Part shown: one piece after another, positions 18,535-28,729 of the stretch
How positions within the stretch are numbered: the stretch's first letter is position 1
Layout: each line of letters opens with the position of its first letter
Source of the DNA: a virus
Length of the DNA stretch: 64,000 bases
Virus record (IMG/VR): IMGVR_UViG_3300014775_002125
Location: 66,965-130,964 of that record
Strand: one strand, 5' to 3'
The notes under the pieces: model-generated
What the model saw: only the letters and a program-made list of their open reading frames with translations
Database searches by the model: none
Told to the model about the DNA's origin: nothing
Translations under genes and position numbers: made by a program

Positions 18535-20841
18535 ATGGCTAATGGAAACAATAATAATAACACGATCAACCAACGTGCTAAAACGGTTGCAGAAGCAAAA
18601 ACTATAGTAGAAGCAAAGACTGTAATCAAGAAGATGGAGCTTGTTAGCGAGGTTTTGAAGGCACAGTTGGATAGGGTCTCCCTAGCCGAAAAGAAACTCG
18701 AAGACCTTGAAAAAGGTTCATTAGAGTACAATAAACAGAAATTAAAGTTTTTGCAAGACCAATACGAAATGAATCAGAGGGTACTTATCTTAATTGAAAG
18801 GGGACAGTACTTTGCAGACACATCCGAAGAGAAACAGAAGGAAAAGTTAGAAAGGCTAAAAGAAGAATTAGATAAACAGGAGGAGTTGTTAGAAATAGCA
18901 GAAGAACGACTCGAAGTAGAAAAAGACTTAGCCAATGAAGCAAAGAAAATCTCAGATAACTTTGGGACACTATTATTCGATACACTGACAATGAAGAGCT
19001 ACAGCAGGTCTATCTTTAAGAATTTCATAGACATTAGAAAGAAGGGCTTGGACTGGAACCAAGTGACCGAGCAAGTAAATGAAAACATGAAGAAGATTGA
19101 CATGCGAACAGTGGCTTTGGAGATTGGTTTCAAGGCTGTGTTTGCTGTTGTAGGTTTGGTCAAGGCGGCGACGATGGACATGGTTAAAGCTCTTGATGAA
19201 GCTGGTTCATCCATTGTTAAATTGTCTGGTACAACCCAAGGACGAGAAATGGTCTCTAGGCTCTATGGAACCGCAGACCAGATGACCACTTTTGGTTTAA
19301 CTATTAGAGAAACTGCCAAGGCTCAGGGGGAATTGTTCCAGAACTTCCGCAAGTATTCAGAGTTAGACAAAAAAACTCAAACACAACTTGCAATGACTGG
19401 GGCGCTTTTTGAGGCGGCTGGAGGTAGTGCTAAAGAGTTCGCAGTATCCATGAACCTATTGAATAACGCTATGGGGCTAACTGTAAAAGAATCCGTTAGT
19501 ATCACAAAGTCTCTAGTAGCATTTGGCCGACAACTAAAAATGGACCAAAAGACGATTCAGACAGGGTTCAATCAGGCTATGAAGGAACTCGCGGGCTTTG
19601 GCTTAGAGGGCGTCCAGATGTTCAAAGAGCTACAAGTCACTGCAAAGAAAGCTGGTGTGGAGGTCTCAGTGTTGACTAAAGTGTTCGGAGACGCCATGGA
19701 TACCTTTGAAGGTTCCTCTAGGGTCGCTGCAACACTCAACACAATTCTAGGCGCCCAGTTCATTGACTCTAACAGGCTGCTCTTCGGTACTCGTCAAGAA
19801 AGAATCATGGAGGTGCTCAGAGGTTTTGAGAGGTCTGGTAAGGATTTCCGGTCTATGAGTTTCTTTATGAAAAAGGAGATCACTAGACAGCTAGGGTTTG
19901 CCAACATTCAAGAGGCTCAAAAGATTCTAGGAAAAACTTCAGCAGAATATGCAAAAAGCCTTGAGGATATGAAGAAGGCTAAGGAAGTACAAAAGCCACT
20001 AGAAGACCTCGCAAAGACCGCCGCAACACTATCCAAGAAGTTCACGGCTCTAAAAACTCAATTCGCATTTATAGCTGAGGGTTTTCTTAAATTTGCTACA
20101 CTTATTGTTGACGGTCTTCTTTGGATGGGAAACACTCTCGGTGGCTGGGGGAGAGTTATCAGTGGGGTTATAATAATTTATGGGACCTATAAGATAGCTG
20201 CATTTGCCTTCGCTGGGTTTACTAAGTTAATGGCAGGATCTTTAGGGCTTCTAGGTCCTGCCTTGGCTAAAGTTGGGCTTGGCATGGGAACGTTTTTAAG
20301 GGCTATTGCTGGAGGTGGTAAGGGTGTTCTGATTTTGGGAGGGATTGCTCTTGCTATCGCTGCTATCGCCGGGTCTTTTGCAGCCTTTAAAAGTAGCCAA
20401 GCAGCCTTTCTAAACGCCCAAGCAAATATGGCAAATGCGGTTGGAAAATTAAAAGACTTCAAAGCAGATCCAGTTATCGGGGAGTTCGATAAGTTCTTTG
20501 CAGTCTTTACTGATTCAAAAATGAAAGGTTTCTTAAAGTTTGCCAATGTATTAAGTCAAGTTAGTAGCAACATGAAGGAGCTTTCAGCAACTAGTCTTTC
20601 TGGTGGCGTTCAAAGTACTACTGGAAGTGCTGCTAGTAACATTGTAAAAAACGTGAGTACTAACCAAAAGAGAGTCATGGTATTAAAAACAAACACGGTA
20701 AAACTAGCAACAAACGACAATACTCCTATATTTAAACTTGGAGCTGTAAACGTGACTCTAACAGGTGATACTCTCATGGATTCAAAGAGGTTTAAAGAAG
20801 CACTGGAAGAGGCTATTAGAAACATGAGATCGCGTCAATAA
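18535..20841 (+). CDS. Tape measure protein
   Basis: Long helical Ala/Lys-rich protein with hydrophobic Gly/Ala segments; follows the chaperone pair. Confidence 0.8.
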   Translation: MANGNNNNNTINQRAKTVAEAKTIVEAKTVIKKMELVSEVLKAQLDRVSLAEKKLEDLEKGSLEYNKQKLKFLQDQYEMNQRVLILIERGQYFADTSEEKQKEKLERLKEELDKQEELLEIAEERLEVEKDLANEAKKISDNFGTLLFDTLTMKSYSRSIFKNFIDIRKKGLDWNQVTEQVNENMKKIDMRTVALEIGFKAVFAVVGLVKAATMDMVKALDEAGSSIVKLSGTTQGREMVSRLYGTADQMTTFGLTIRETAKAQGELFQNFRKYSELDKKTQTQLAMTGALFEAAGGSAKEFAVSMNLLNNAMGLTVKESVSITKSLVAFGRQLKMDQKTIQTGFNQAMKELAGFGLEGVQMFKELQVTAKKAGVEVSVLTKVFGDAMDTFEGSSRVAATLNTILGAQFIDSNRLLFGTRQERIMEVLRGFERSGKDFRSMSFFMKKEITRQLGFANIQEAQKILGKTSAEYAKSLEDMKKAKEVQKPLEDLAKTAATLSKKFTALKTQFAFIAEGFLKFATLIVDGLLWMGNTLGGWGRVISGVIIIYGTYKIAAFAFAGFTKLMAGSLGLLGPALAKVGLGMGTFLRAIAGGGKGVLILGGIALAIAAIAGSFAAFKSSQAAFLNAQANMANAVGKLKDFKADPVIGEFDKFFAVFTDSKMKGFLKFANVLSQVSSNMKELSATSLSGGVQSTTGSAASNIVKNVSTNQKRVMVLKTNTVKLATNDNTPIFKLGAVNVTLTGDTLMDSKRFKEALEEAIRNMRSRQ

Positions 20842-20849
20842 GAGGAAAA

Positions 20850-21755
20850 ATGAAAATGGTAAAGAAAAAGGGTGTAGGACCAATAGAAACAGAGTTTACT
20901 CGTAGAATTGATGAAGACCCATATGTAAAATACCTACACGAAAAGAAGCTACAGACACTAGACATTGAGCATCTTCCTACTGGTCTTGTGGTTCAATTTC
21001 CGGGGTTTATCTCACAGTTTTCTCAGAACTTTAACTCTAACTGGCAATCTAATGACGTCTATGGGAGAATGGACGACATCGCTATCTTCCAGAGAACTAC
21101 AAGATCTATCAGTTTAGGCTTCAGTACTATCGCTTATTCTCTAAGAAATGCTGAACAGAACATGGAAGCTGTTGATAGGTTCATTCAGTTTCTTTATCCG
21201 ATGTATGATACTAGAAGTGAAAGAAGTTTTTCTAATCGGAGGGCAGCAACGGCAAGACAGAAACAAATACAAGGTTCTAATACTAGTGCTAGATCGAAAA
21301 AAAAAGCTAAAGTAACAAAAATAATCACAACGGATACCTTTAAAGATAAAAAAGGAAATTCGATAAAAAAGACTAATAATTACTACACTGTCGGTGGTTA
21401 CAAGGGTGGTGTACTAAAAGCTCCTCCTTTGTTGCGCCTTAAGCTTTCGAATTTAGTTACCAACACCTTAAAAGATAACCCACAGGGAATCTTAAAGACT
21501 GGTCTAACTGGGAAAATAACAAACCTTGGCGTAAATGTTGACGTTGAAGCTGGATTTTTCGACCCCGATGTATTCTTATTACCGAAGAAAATGGACCTAA
21601 CTTTCACATTTGACGTCATTCATTCTCACAAGGTTGGCTGGGAGTTCTCTAGTAAGGTGTTCATGGGAGGCTCTGAGTTTCCTTTGGGTGAAATAAGAAC
21701 TGAACGATACAACCAAGGAAGAAACGTAGACGGAACAGGGGATAATAACGAATGA
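20850..21755 (+). CDS. Baseplate / tube-initiator-like protein
   Basis: VYGRMD, RSISLGF, PPLLRLK, LLPK; position after tape measure. Confidence 0.6.
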   Translation: MKMVKKKGVGPIETEFTRRIDEDPYVKYLHEKKLQTLDIEHLPTGLVVQFPGFISQFSQNFNSNWQSNDVYGRMDDIAIFQRTTRSISLGFSTIAYSLRNAEQNMEAVDRFIQFLYPMYDTRSERSFSNRRAATARQKQIQGSNTSARSKKKAKVTKIITTDTFKDKKGNSIKKTNNYYTVGGYKGGVLKAPPLLRLKLSNLVTNTLKDNPQGILKTGLTGKITNLGVNVDVEAGFFDPDVFLLPKKMDLTFTFDVIHSHKVGWEFSSKVFMGGSEFPLGEIRTERYNQGRNVDGTGDNNE

Positions 21756-22066
21756 GACCTAAAGGCGAAATCTTAGTGAATACCGACGAGCGATTTGAGG
21801 CTTTCGGCAAGAACTTTGAATACATCAGCACAATCACACTACAACAGCCAACCCTCGAAGAAGAAGATACTCTGAGAACTATTGAGTATGAATGGAGCTT
21901 TGGGGATCGTTGGGAGACTGTCGCTCAGAGATTTTACGGGGACAGAAGATACTGGATTGCCCTCGCTCAATACAACCTAAAGCCTACCGATTTTCATTGC
22001 AAGCCGGGAGATATTGTTGATATTCCTTCTCCTGTTGGTAGACTATTAGAATTTATGGGGATGTGA
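21752..22066 (+). CDS. LysM-like baseplate wedge protein (gp53/P2 X-like)
   Basis: GDRWETVAQRFYGD..YW.ALAQYN..PGD.V.IP. Confidence 0.75.
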   Translation: MRPKGEILVNTDERFEAFGKNFEYISTITLQQPTLEEEDTLRTIEYEWSFGDRWETVAQRFYGDRRYWIALAQYNLKPTDFHCKPGDIVDIPSPVGRLLEFMGM

Positions 22067-22069
22067 TAG

Positions 22070-24523
22070 ATGGTTCAAAAAAAAGGTTTTTTCCAGAAGA
22101 TAAAGGAAGGTATTTTTGGACTTTGGACAAGTAATACTGTCCAAGCTAAACCAACAACAAAAGACGCAGAACGTTGGAAGGCTCAGAGTTGGCTATTGGA
22201 TAACATACCCACGCAAGAGAACATAGCCTTCGATGGTATCTTAAACGTTGCTGCTGACCCTCACTTAGTCCTATCTACCCTGCACAACTCTAGGGGGTTG
22301 TCAAGTTTTGTAGAGGATATTTCTAATAGTGAATTGTCCTCTCTTGTTCCTTATATTAAACTATTCAGAGTCATTAGGGATAAAAAAAAGGTTATCGAAC
22401 AAGAGCTTTACTTCGATACCCACCTGAATAATGAGCAGATCGACGCCATCTTCAAAAAAAGAACAGGTAGAGGTGGTGGTGTAGGGATTAAGAAGTTTGA
22501 CTTGAAGTATACTGGTGTAGACCCTGCTGCGGCCAGAACAGTCATCGAATGTGACCTAGAGATTTACTTTAGTTCTCTACAAGAACTCGCTCGTAAGCAG
22601 TCCAATAACGTAGCTTTTATTGACCTAATCTTACCCAACATAGCGAACGCAGGGCCAGCTTCTCAGATTGAACCACAAGACTACCAGTTAAAAGCTGAGT
22701 TTGGATGGAGTGTTCCTAATGCCAACAACCCAGCATTCAGAAACAACAAAGATCTATTAAACGCCATTGAAAACAACAAGTTAACTATTTACCTGTCAAT
22801 GAAAAGGCATACTATTAGCTTTGATAACTTGGGTGGTGCGACTCTACAAGCATCTTATCAAGGCTCTATGGAATCTATCTTCTCTCAGGAAGCTACAGAC
22901 ATTCTTAAGAGTACTGATAATTTTAAAGTTAAAGACGGGAATGAAAAACTGCCCGCAAAAATAGCTAAAAACAAGATTAAGAAACTTAAGGCAGATCGCA
23001 AAAAGCAAAAAACAAGGAGAGATCGCAAAGATCTAACAGATCAAATAAGAAAACTTGAAGGAGCATACCAACAAGCTCTCTCAGCTAAAAAATCTGAGTT
23101 GTATCAATCAATCCTAAATGAAATAATGAGTGATGGTGGATTGTATGCTGTGAAAGTAGAGGAGTCAGACTTTCAACTTTCCACACTACCACCGGGAATT
23201 AAAAATAAACTTGGTGGCGCTGGAGGATTGGGAAGTCTTCTTGGAAAGAGTTCAAAGAAGAAGCGGAAAAATAAACGTACATTTCTAAAAAAACTTAAAA
23301 ACAGAAAAAAGCCGAGATATTTCAAAGGTAAGGGAAAAAAAGTCAAAAAACTAAGCCTTAGCGGAAGTAAAGAGGAAAGGCTCAGAAAGATATCACTAAA
23401 TTTCGTTTTACCGAAACCGGAAAAGGGAAAAAGAACAATTTATTTTATGTATCTTGGTGACATATTGAGGGTTGTTAGGAAGAGGATAGGACCCAGCGTT
23501 GATGCTGAGTTTAATTTTAGATTGATAACTGGAGATTTGGAATTAAGTGGATATGAAGTAAACATAAGCAATATACCGATTTCAGTTGAATTATTTCAAG
23601 CCTTCACACTAAAATATCTCGTTAGAACCTCTAAAACTAAGTGGTTTTTTGGGGATTTTATCAATCAAATACTAACAGGGCTTGTAGCACCTGTTTTAAA
23701 TAACATCGCGGCTACAGAGCATGGGAACAGTGATAAGAAAAACCCTGTCACCAGTAACCCTAAGAGATATAAGATGGGTGTCAGCTTCATCAATGTTGGT
23801 ACAGATGGAAAAAACAAGTGCGTATTTACTAATAGTAAGAATCCGTACAAAAAGAATGAAAATAGAAAGTTTGATAATGGTCAAGTCAGGAAAATAAAAC
23901 CAGCCTCAAATAGAACAGAAATGATAACCTATCTTTACGTACACTGCATGGATCACACGAGAGCCTTAAGAGAAAGGAACTACCAGAAAGACCGTGAGGA
24001 AGGAATCTATCATTTTTATCTGGGGAGTAATCGAGGAATTCTAAAGTCCATGAAGTTCGAACAGCAGAACCTAAAGTACTATGAAGTTGCTCAGGCTCAA
24101 GGAAAGGATCTAACAAAATACAAAAGAATCTACAACGCAACAATAGAGACATTCTACTGTAATGGATTCTTTCCCGGAAACTTCTTATATCTTGATAGTA
24201 GATCTTTAGGTTTTTCTGAAGATTCTAATGTTGATCAGGCAGCAATGATGGGTATTGGTGGTTATTTTAGGATTAAAGGCCAGTCTATTTCATTTGCTTC
24301 TGGTAAACTCGACATGACCATGAACTGCACATGGGAATCTTCTGGGTTGCCGTCACCTAAAGGTAGGAAAGCTGCTGCCAATAATCCCAAATCTTCTGGA
24401 TTGCCGTCACCTAAAGGTAGGAAAGCTGCTGCCAATAAGCCCGAATCTACAACAAACTATCCCTATTACTGGAAGGTAACAAAAGGAGGACATATAAAAA
24501 AGGTAATTGACTTGACAAAATAG
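22070..24523 (+). CDS. Large baseplate hub-like protein
   Basis: Position; C-terminal YNATIE..FFPG..GIGGYF.I; Lys/Arg-rich insert. Confidence 0.5.
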   Translation: MVQKKGFFQKIKEGIFGLWTSNTVQAKPTTKDAERWKAQSWLLDNIPTQENIAFDGILNVAADPHLVLSTLHNSRGLSSFVEDISNSELSSLVPYIKLFRVIRDKKKVIEQELYFDTHLNNEQIDAIFKKRTGRGGGVGIKKFDLKYTGVDPAAARTVIECDLEIYFSSLQELARKQSNNVAFIDLILPNIANAGPASQIEPQDYQLKAEFGWSVPNANNPAFRNNKDLLNAIENNKLTIYLSMKRHTISFDNLGGATLQASYQGSMESIFSQEATDILKSTDNFKVKDGNEKLPAKIAKNKIKKLKADRKKQKTRRDRKDLTDQIRKLEGAYQQALSAKKSELYQSILNEIMSDGGLYAVKVEESDFQLSTLPPGIKNKLGGAGGLGSLLGKSSKKKRKNKRTFLKKLKNRKKPRYFKGKGKKVKKLSLSGSKEERLRKISLNFVLPKPEKGKRTIYFMYLGDILRVVRKRIGPSVDAEFNFRLITGDLELSGYEVNISNIPISVELFQAFTLKYLVRTSKTKWFFGDFINQILTGLVAPVLNNIAATEHGNSDKKNPVTSNPKRYKMGVSFINVGTDGKNKCVFTNSKNPYKKNENRKFDNGQVRKIKPASNRTEMITYLYVHCMDHTRALRERNYQKDREEGIYHFYLGSNRGILKSMKFEQQNLKYYEVAQAQGKDLTKYKRIYNATIETFYCNGFFPGNFLYLDSRSLGFSEDSNVDQAAMMGIGGYFRIKGQSISFASGKLDMTMNCTWESSGLPSPKGRKAAANNPKSSGLPSPKGRKAAANKPESTTNYPYYWKVTKGGHIKKVIDLTK
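24336..24443 (+). repeat. 54-bp in-frame tandem duplication
   Basis: Two near-identical copies (24336-24389, 24390-24443) encoding SSGLPSPKGRKAAAN. Confidence 0.9.
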
Positions 24524-24940
24524 CCTACTAATAGAAACTAAAAACACATACTAACTGTAGAACCATTTAGCAACTATTAGTTAAGCCGTAACCCTAAGTG
24601 GAGGCTTCTTAATAGCTTCTAATTAGTACCTTAAAGTTTCTAGTAGTTCCTTTAAGTCGATTATACTGAGACTTTAGCACAAAAACTCTGATAATTTCCA
24701 AGTAGATTCAAACTATTTTATAACTCATTGATTCCTCTAGGGAACTTTTTTCCAAAAAAACATCTCAGATTTATCTGAATAGACCTCTCCTTAAAAACAA
24801 ACACAAGCAAACTCAGTTTAAAGAACTACCTAATGTTCATTCCGTAGGCTTAATCACTTCCATCTTAGGGATTCCAGTGATTGGGAAAACAATGTAGTAG
24901 TTCGAATACGATATCAGGAATAGTTATCTTAGTTAAGAAG

Positions 24941-24969
24941 ATTATACAAAGAAGTAAAATCTGTGTCAA
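24941..24969 (-). promoter_or_regulatory. Consensus sigma70 promoter on the minus strand
   Basis: Reverse complement reads TTGACA-17 bp-TATAAT exactly. Confidence 0.75.
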
Positions 24970-25011
24970 GAACTATTTTATAACTACTTGGTATACATAG
25001 GAAAAACAACA

Positions 25012-26025
25012 ATGAAGACAAAGACACCCCCAGTAAACGACAGAGATATATTTCAGGAAGTGGAAGCTGACTATGGTTACATCTACGGTGAAGCTGAGAA
25101 TTCCTATGTAGATTTCAATCAGGTAGCAGCGGTAGACCTCCAGAAAACTCAAGAGGTGAACGATAGGTTTCTCAGCGACACTTATAGTTGGCTTCCAGTA
25201 AAGGACGGTAAATTATACGGAAAAATACTACAGGACTACTCAATTCGCTCTTATAATAGTGGTCTAGGAGTTTTATTTAGAGTTGAGATGGCGAATAAAC
25301 TTGAAGAAACTTTAGAAATCTTTAAAGTTCGCTCTGGTGGTTTCACTGTCCCCAAGGAAATCAACATCAACATCTCAGACGAATCTACCATTTACTCAGA
25401 ATTCTACGATAAAACTTTAGAAATCTTTAAAGAACGCCTTGACAATAAAAAATGTTCTGGTATAAGAGAGTTCAGCAGGATACTTTTAGAGGACAAGAGG
25501 ATTCCAGATTCTATTTGTTTCCCCTTGTACTACCTTTTTAAAACAGATGACCAGCTAAATCCTCTCAGTTTGACTTGGACAGACACTAGTGCTTCTGTTT
25601 ACGGCCCAGAGTTTTACGATGACTTAAACTTTAGGTATTTCTTAAAATTCATGTACACTCGTGGTTTTCTAGTAGACCTACACAACCCTACTATGATACA
25701 CTACAAGGCAACTCAGAAGGAAATCTTAGAGAACTCAGTGCCTATGAACGCTGAAGAGTCGCTAAAAGAAACGCTAGAGAACCTTTGGAGTGGTCTAGGC
25801 AACATCAATGAGATTCCTAAAACCTATTATAAATCAAGGGACTACAAGAAACTCCTAAAAAACATCTTGACAAAATACAATGTAGCGAGTAATGTTCCTA
25901 GTAATCTTTTAGGAAACAACAGCAGGTTCAACAAATACATCAGAGAGGCTACTAAGAGGATAATCAATGAGAGAAGTAACTCAGAAAATCGCACAATCAG
26001 CAAAGGAGACTCTCTGGTTTACTAA
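25012..26025 (+). CDS. Hypothetical protein
   Basis: Long ORF; no recognised motif. Confidence 0.6.
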   Translation: MKTKTPPVNDRDIFQEVEADYGYIYGEAENSYVDFNQVAAVDLQKTQEVNDRFLSDTYSWLPVKDGKLYGKILQDYSIRSYNSGLGVLFRVEMANKLEETLEIFKVRSGGFTVPKEININISDESTIYSEFYDKTLEIFKERLDNKKCSGIREFSRILLEDKRIPDSICFPLYYLFKTDDQLNPLSLTWTDTSASVYGPEFYDDLNFRYFLKFMYTRGFLVDLHNPTMIHYKATQKEILENSVPMNAEESLKETLENLWSGLGNINEIPKTYYKSRDYKKLLKNILTKYNVASNVPSNLLGNNSRFNKYIREATKRIINERSNSENRTISKGDSLVY

Positions 26026-27097
26026 CGGGGAGCTTACCACAGAGCTTCCAAGTAAAGGCTCATGGATCTACGAGCACCCTGAAAACATCAATCTATACAA
26101 CCACTTCAATTACATCTTCAGCCTGACTCACAACTCTTTTGGGTCTGTTGTCAAGAACTGTGAGAGCTACAAGACCTATCTTAAGGCTCTTCATGGTATC
26201 GATAAGTATTTTAAGATCGTACAGCAAACAAAAATCAAACTAACACCTGACAACATCTCCAAAGTAATTCCTGTGAGTCCCTTGAAAGAGTACCTGAAGG
26301 CCAAAGAAGACTGCCTCAGAGAAATCATAGGACAACAAGAAGAACTACCAGAAAACTACGAATGGTTCAAAAGACTGTACGTTCTCTCTAAGGTCATGAA
26401 CAACTCTTTGAAACTAGTAGAGGGCGACAAATATTCAGAGTACAGTTTTAAGTATGACATTCATGGCACACTTACAGGACGTTGGATTGCTCGTAGTTCT
26501 AATGGTAGCTTTTTCCAGTGGCCCAAAGAGCGAAGAGCCATCATTAAGCCTTGGAATGATTACTTTGTGGAACTAGACTTTAACGGAGCAGATCTCAGAA
26601 CACTACTAGGTCTCCAGAACGCCTCTCAGCCCTCTCAGGATGTCCATAAGTACAATATGAGTATCTTGGGGTGGGATGACAGAGAGAAGGCCAAGAAAGG
26701 GGCTTTTAGACTGCTTTATGGACGTTCTGGGGAGGACAATGAGCTAACTGAAATCTATGATAGGAACGTCTGGAGAAGCTATGTGAATTCTAAAGGTTTG
26801 ATTGAGAATCCTTATGGTAGGCAGTTGGATATTATTGAGGGCAAGGAGCTACCACACTTAGTACAAGCAACCTCTCATGACATTCTATTGGAACAGACTA
26901 TGAGGGTTTACAAGAAACTTATGGGGTCTAAGAGTTTTGTTGGGTTTATTTTTTACGACGCCTTGATTTTGGATATGAAACGAGAAGATTTAGGAATTCT
27001 TAAAGATCTTGAAGAGACTTTCGCTGACACACGATTTGGTACAATGAAAGTCAACATTAAAAAGGGAACTGATTATTACAACATGGAGGAAATCTGA
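25967..27097 (+). CDS. Minimal family A DNA polymerase-like protein
   Basis: TLTGRW; motif A ELDFNGADLR; motif B REKAKKGAFRLLYG; VQAT..D; motif C-like FYDALILD. Confidence 0.75.
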   Translation: MREVTQKIAQSAKETLWFTNGELTTELPSKGSWIYEHPENINLYNHFNYIFSLTHNSFGSVVKNCESYKTYLKALHGIDKYFKIVQQTKIKLTPDNISKVIPVSPLKEYLKAKEDCLREIIGQQEELPENYEWFKRLYVLSKVMNNSLKLVEGDKYSEYSFKYDIHGTLTGRWIARSSNGSFFQWPKERRAIIKPWNDYFVELDFNGADLRTLLGLQNASQPSQDVHKYNMSILGWDDREKAKKGAFRLLYGRSGEDNELTEIYDRNVWRSYVNSKGLIENPYGRQLDIIEGKELPHLVQATSHDILLEQTMRVYKKLMGSKSFVGFIFYDALILDMKREDLGILKDLEETFADTRFGTMKVNIKKGTDYYNMEEI

Positions 27098-27909
27098 TGA
27101 ATCTATTAGTATCTATTGGAAATGTGAAGAATGTGTCTAGTAAAATTGCTGAGTTCTTTGATGGTGAACTTAAGGTTATTTCTACGAGCGAACTTGGAAT
27201 TACTGGGGACATACCTAAAGAGATTGAAGAGTCCACTGTAAGATTGATTCAAGACAAGCTCACAGAAGACTCGGAATCCTACAAGAAAGTTTATTTTGTG
27301 GTTGATTTAGAGGACCTTCAGGCGTTCTCTTTGGCTTCTCTATTAGGTTTTTATAAAGATTCTGAGAGTTATGTTATTGGTATTGTGAAATCTACTAGTG
27401 GCTTGCAATTCTCCGAGGGCTGTGCGTTTATTTTGAATGTCTTACAGGAAATGCGTAGAAGTAAACTCATTGATTTTCTCACAGTGTTCTCAGAGCAAAT
27501 TATTCAGAAGTACGACGGAGAGATTAACCTACTGAATAGAGACGATAGGGTTGCTGATAAGATTACTCGTAGCCTTGTGGAGATGCTTTATTGGGACGGT
27601 CAGATTGCTATCAAATCTCTTACACCTAACAGTAGACCGTGGGATGCTTTGAGGGTTTATGAGGACTATGACGTACAATCAGAGCTTTCGACGCCTACAT
27701 TTCAACTCGAAGACATGGATTACTACTCATACCACTTCATCATCTCTCAAAAGGACGCACAGGATTCAGAGTTTTTTAAAGAACTGGAAAAAACTCTTGA
27801 CAAAATCACTGAACAAGACTACAAACTATTTATCGAAGAAACAGCCAGCACTTATTGTTTCCGTGTAGGTTACTTGAAGAATCCTGTAGTGTTTAAAAGT
27901 AAAGAATAA
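27097..27909 (+). CDS. Hypothetical protein, possibly a highly diverged tubulin/FtsZ-fold protein
   Basis: N-terminal LVSIG strand and alpha/beta pattern; no GGGTG signature. Confidence 0.25.
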   Translation: MNLLVSIGNVKNVSSKIAEFFDGELKVISTSELGITGDIPKEIEESTVRLIQDKLTEDSESYKKVYFVVDLEDLQAFSLASLLGFYKDSESYVIGIVKSTSGLQFSEGCAFILNVLQEMRRSKLIDFLTVFSEQIIQKYDGEINLLNRDDRVADKITRSLVEMLYWDGQIAIKSLTPNSRPWDALRVYEDYDVQSELSTPTFQLEDMDYYSYHFIISQKDAQDSEFFKELEKTLDKITEQDYKLFIEETASTYCFRVGYLKNPVVFKSKE

Positions 27910-27931
27910 AGAATAAAGAATAGGGGGACCC

Positions 27932-28348
27932 ATGAGAAAACAAGAGCTTGACAACTGGGTTGAGAATGGCGGCGATCTTCCTGATGAACTCACGGAAGAC
28001 GAGAAGAGTTATCTAGAAGGCTTAGGGTGGAGTATTGAAGAACGGTGGCGTGAAAACGGAAAGAAGTGGTATGAAATTAGCTACCACCACGGAAAGAAAC
28101 ATGGAAAGGTTAAATGGTGGTGGGACGATGGATCGAAATACATCGAAGAATACTACCATCACGGAAAGAGACATGGGGATTTTGTGAGGTGGAATAGAAA
28201 CGGACAGAAATGGGAAGAAGAGTGCCACCACCACGGAAAGAAACATGGGGTCTTTAAAGAATGGAAAGACGATGGAACATTAGAAGAACACAAAGAGTAC
28301 GCTTATGGGATTCTCTTGAAGGATTATTTGAAGGAGGAGACAAAATGA
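27932..28348 (+). CDS. MORN-variant / YwqK-like repeat protein (paralog 1)
   Basis: 24-aa WxxNGxKxxExxYHHGKxHG repeats between conserved caps. Confidence 0.85.
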   Translation: MRKQELDNWVENGGDLPDELTEDEKSYLEGLGWSIEERWRENGKKWYEISYHHGKKHGKVKWWWDDGSKYIEEYYHHGKRHGDFVRWNRNGQKWEEECHHHGKKHGVFKEWKDDGTLEEHKEYAYGILLKDYLKEETK

Positions 28349-28632
28349 AGAATGGTGATTTAGTTTACAGTATTATTTTTGACAGGATTCTAAGATTTGG
28401 TAGGGTTCGAGAGGTTCAATTGAATGAGTCAGGAGAACCCGTTAGATACAAAGTGGACTGGTGGCGTTCTGCTAAGATTGATGAGTTTTTCAAGGAAGCC
28501 AAACCCGGATTTATTGACAGCTACCTTGAGAAGCCCATAAACGCCAGCAACATCTACCCAGTTGACTCTGAAATGCTTAGACAATTCACAGAGTTACTAG
28601 AAGAAGTGAAAAAAGATGAAATAAATTCTTGA
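28345..28632 (+). CDS. Small SH3-like hypothetical protein (paralog of 61079..61351)
   Basis: ATGA-coupled to the MORN gene; MKNGDLV..FGRV..YKVDW. Confidence 0.6.
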   Translation: MKNGDLVYSIIFDRILRFGRVREVQLNESGEPVRYKVDWWRSAKIDEFFKEAKPGFIDSYLEKPINASNIYPVDSEMLRQFTELLEEVKKDEINS

Positions 28633-28656
28633 CAATATCTTAGAATGTGTTAGATT
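28629..28656 (+). promoter_or_regulatory. sigma70-type promoter for hsp20
   Basis: TTGACA-16-TAGATT. Confidence 0.6.
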
Positions 28657-28729
28657 GTTTTCAAGAGGGAATGAGAACCCCTTAGTTGTTTTAAAGTTTT
28701 TTTGATTTTACTTATAGGAGATTGAAAGT

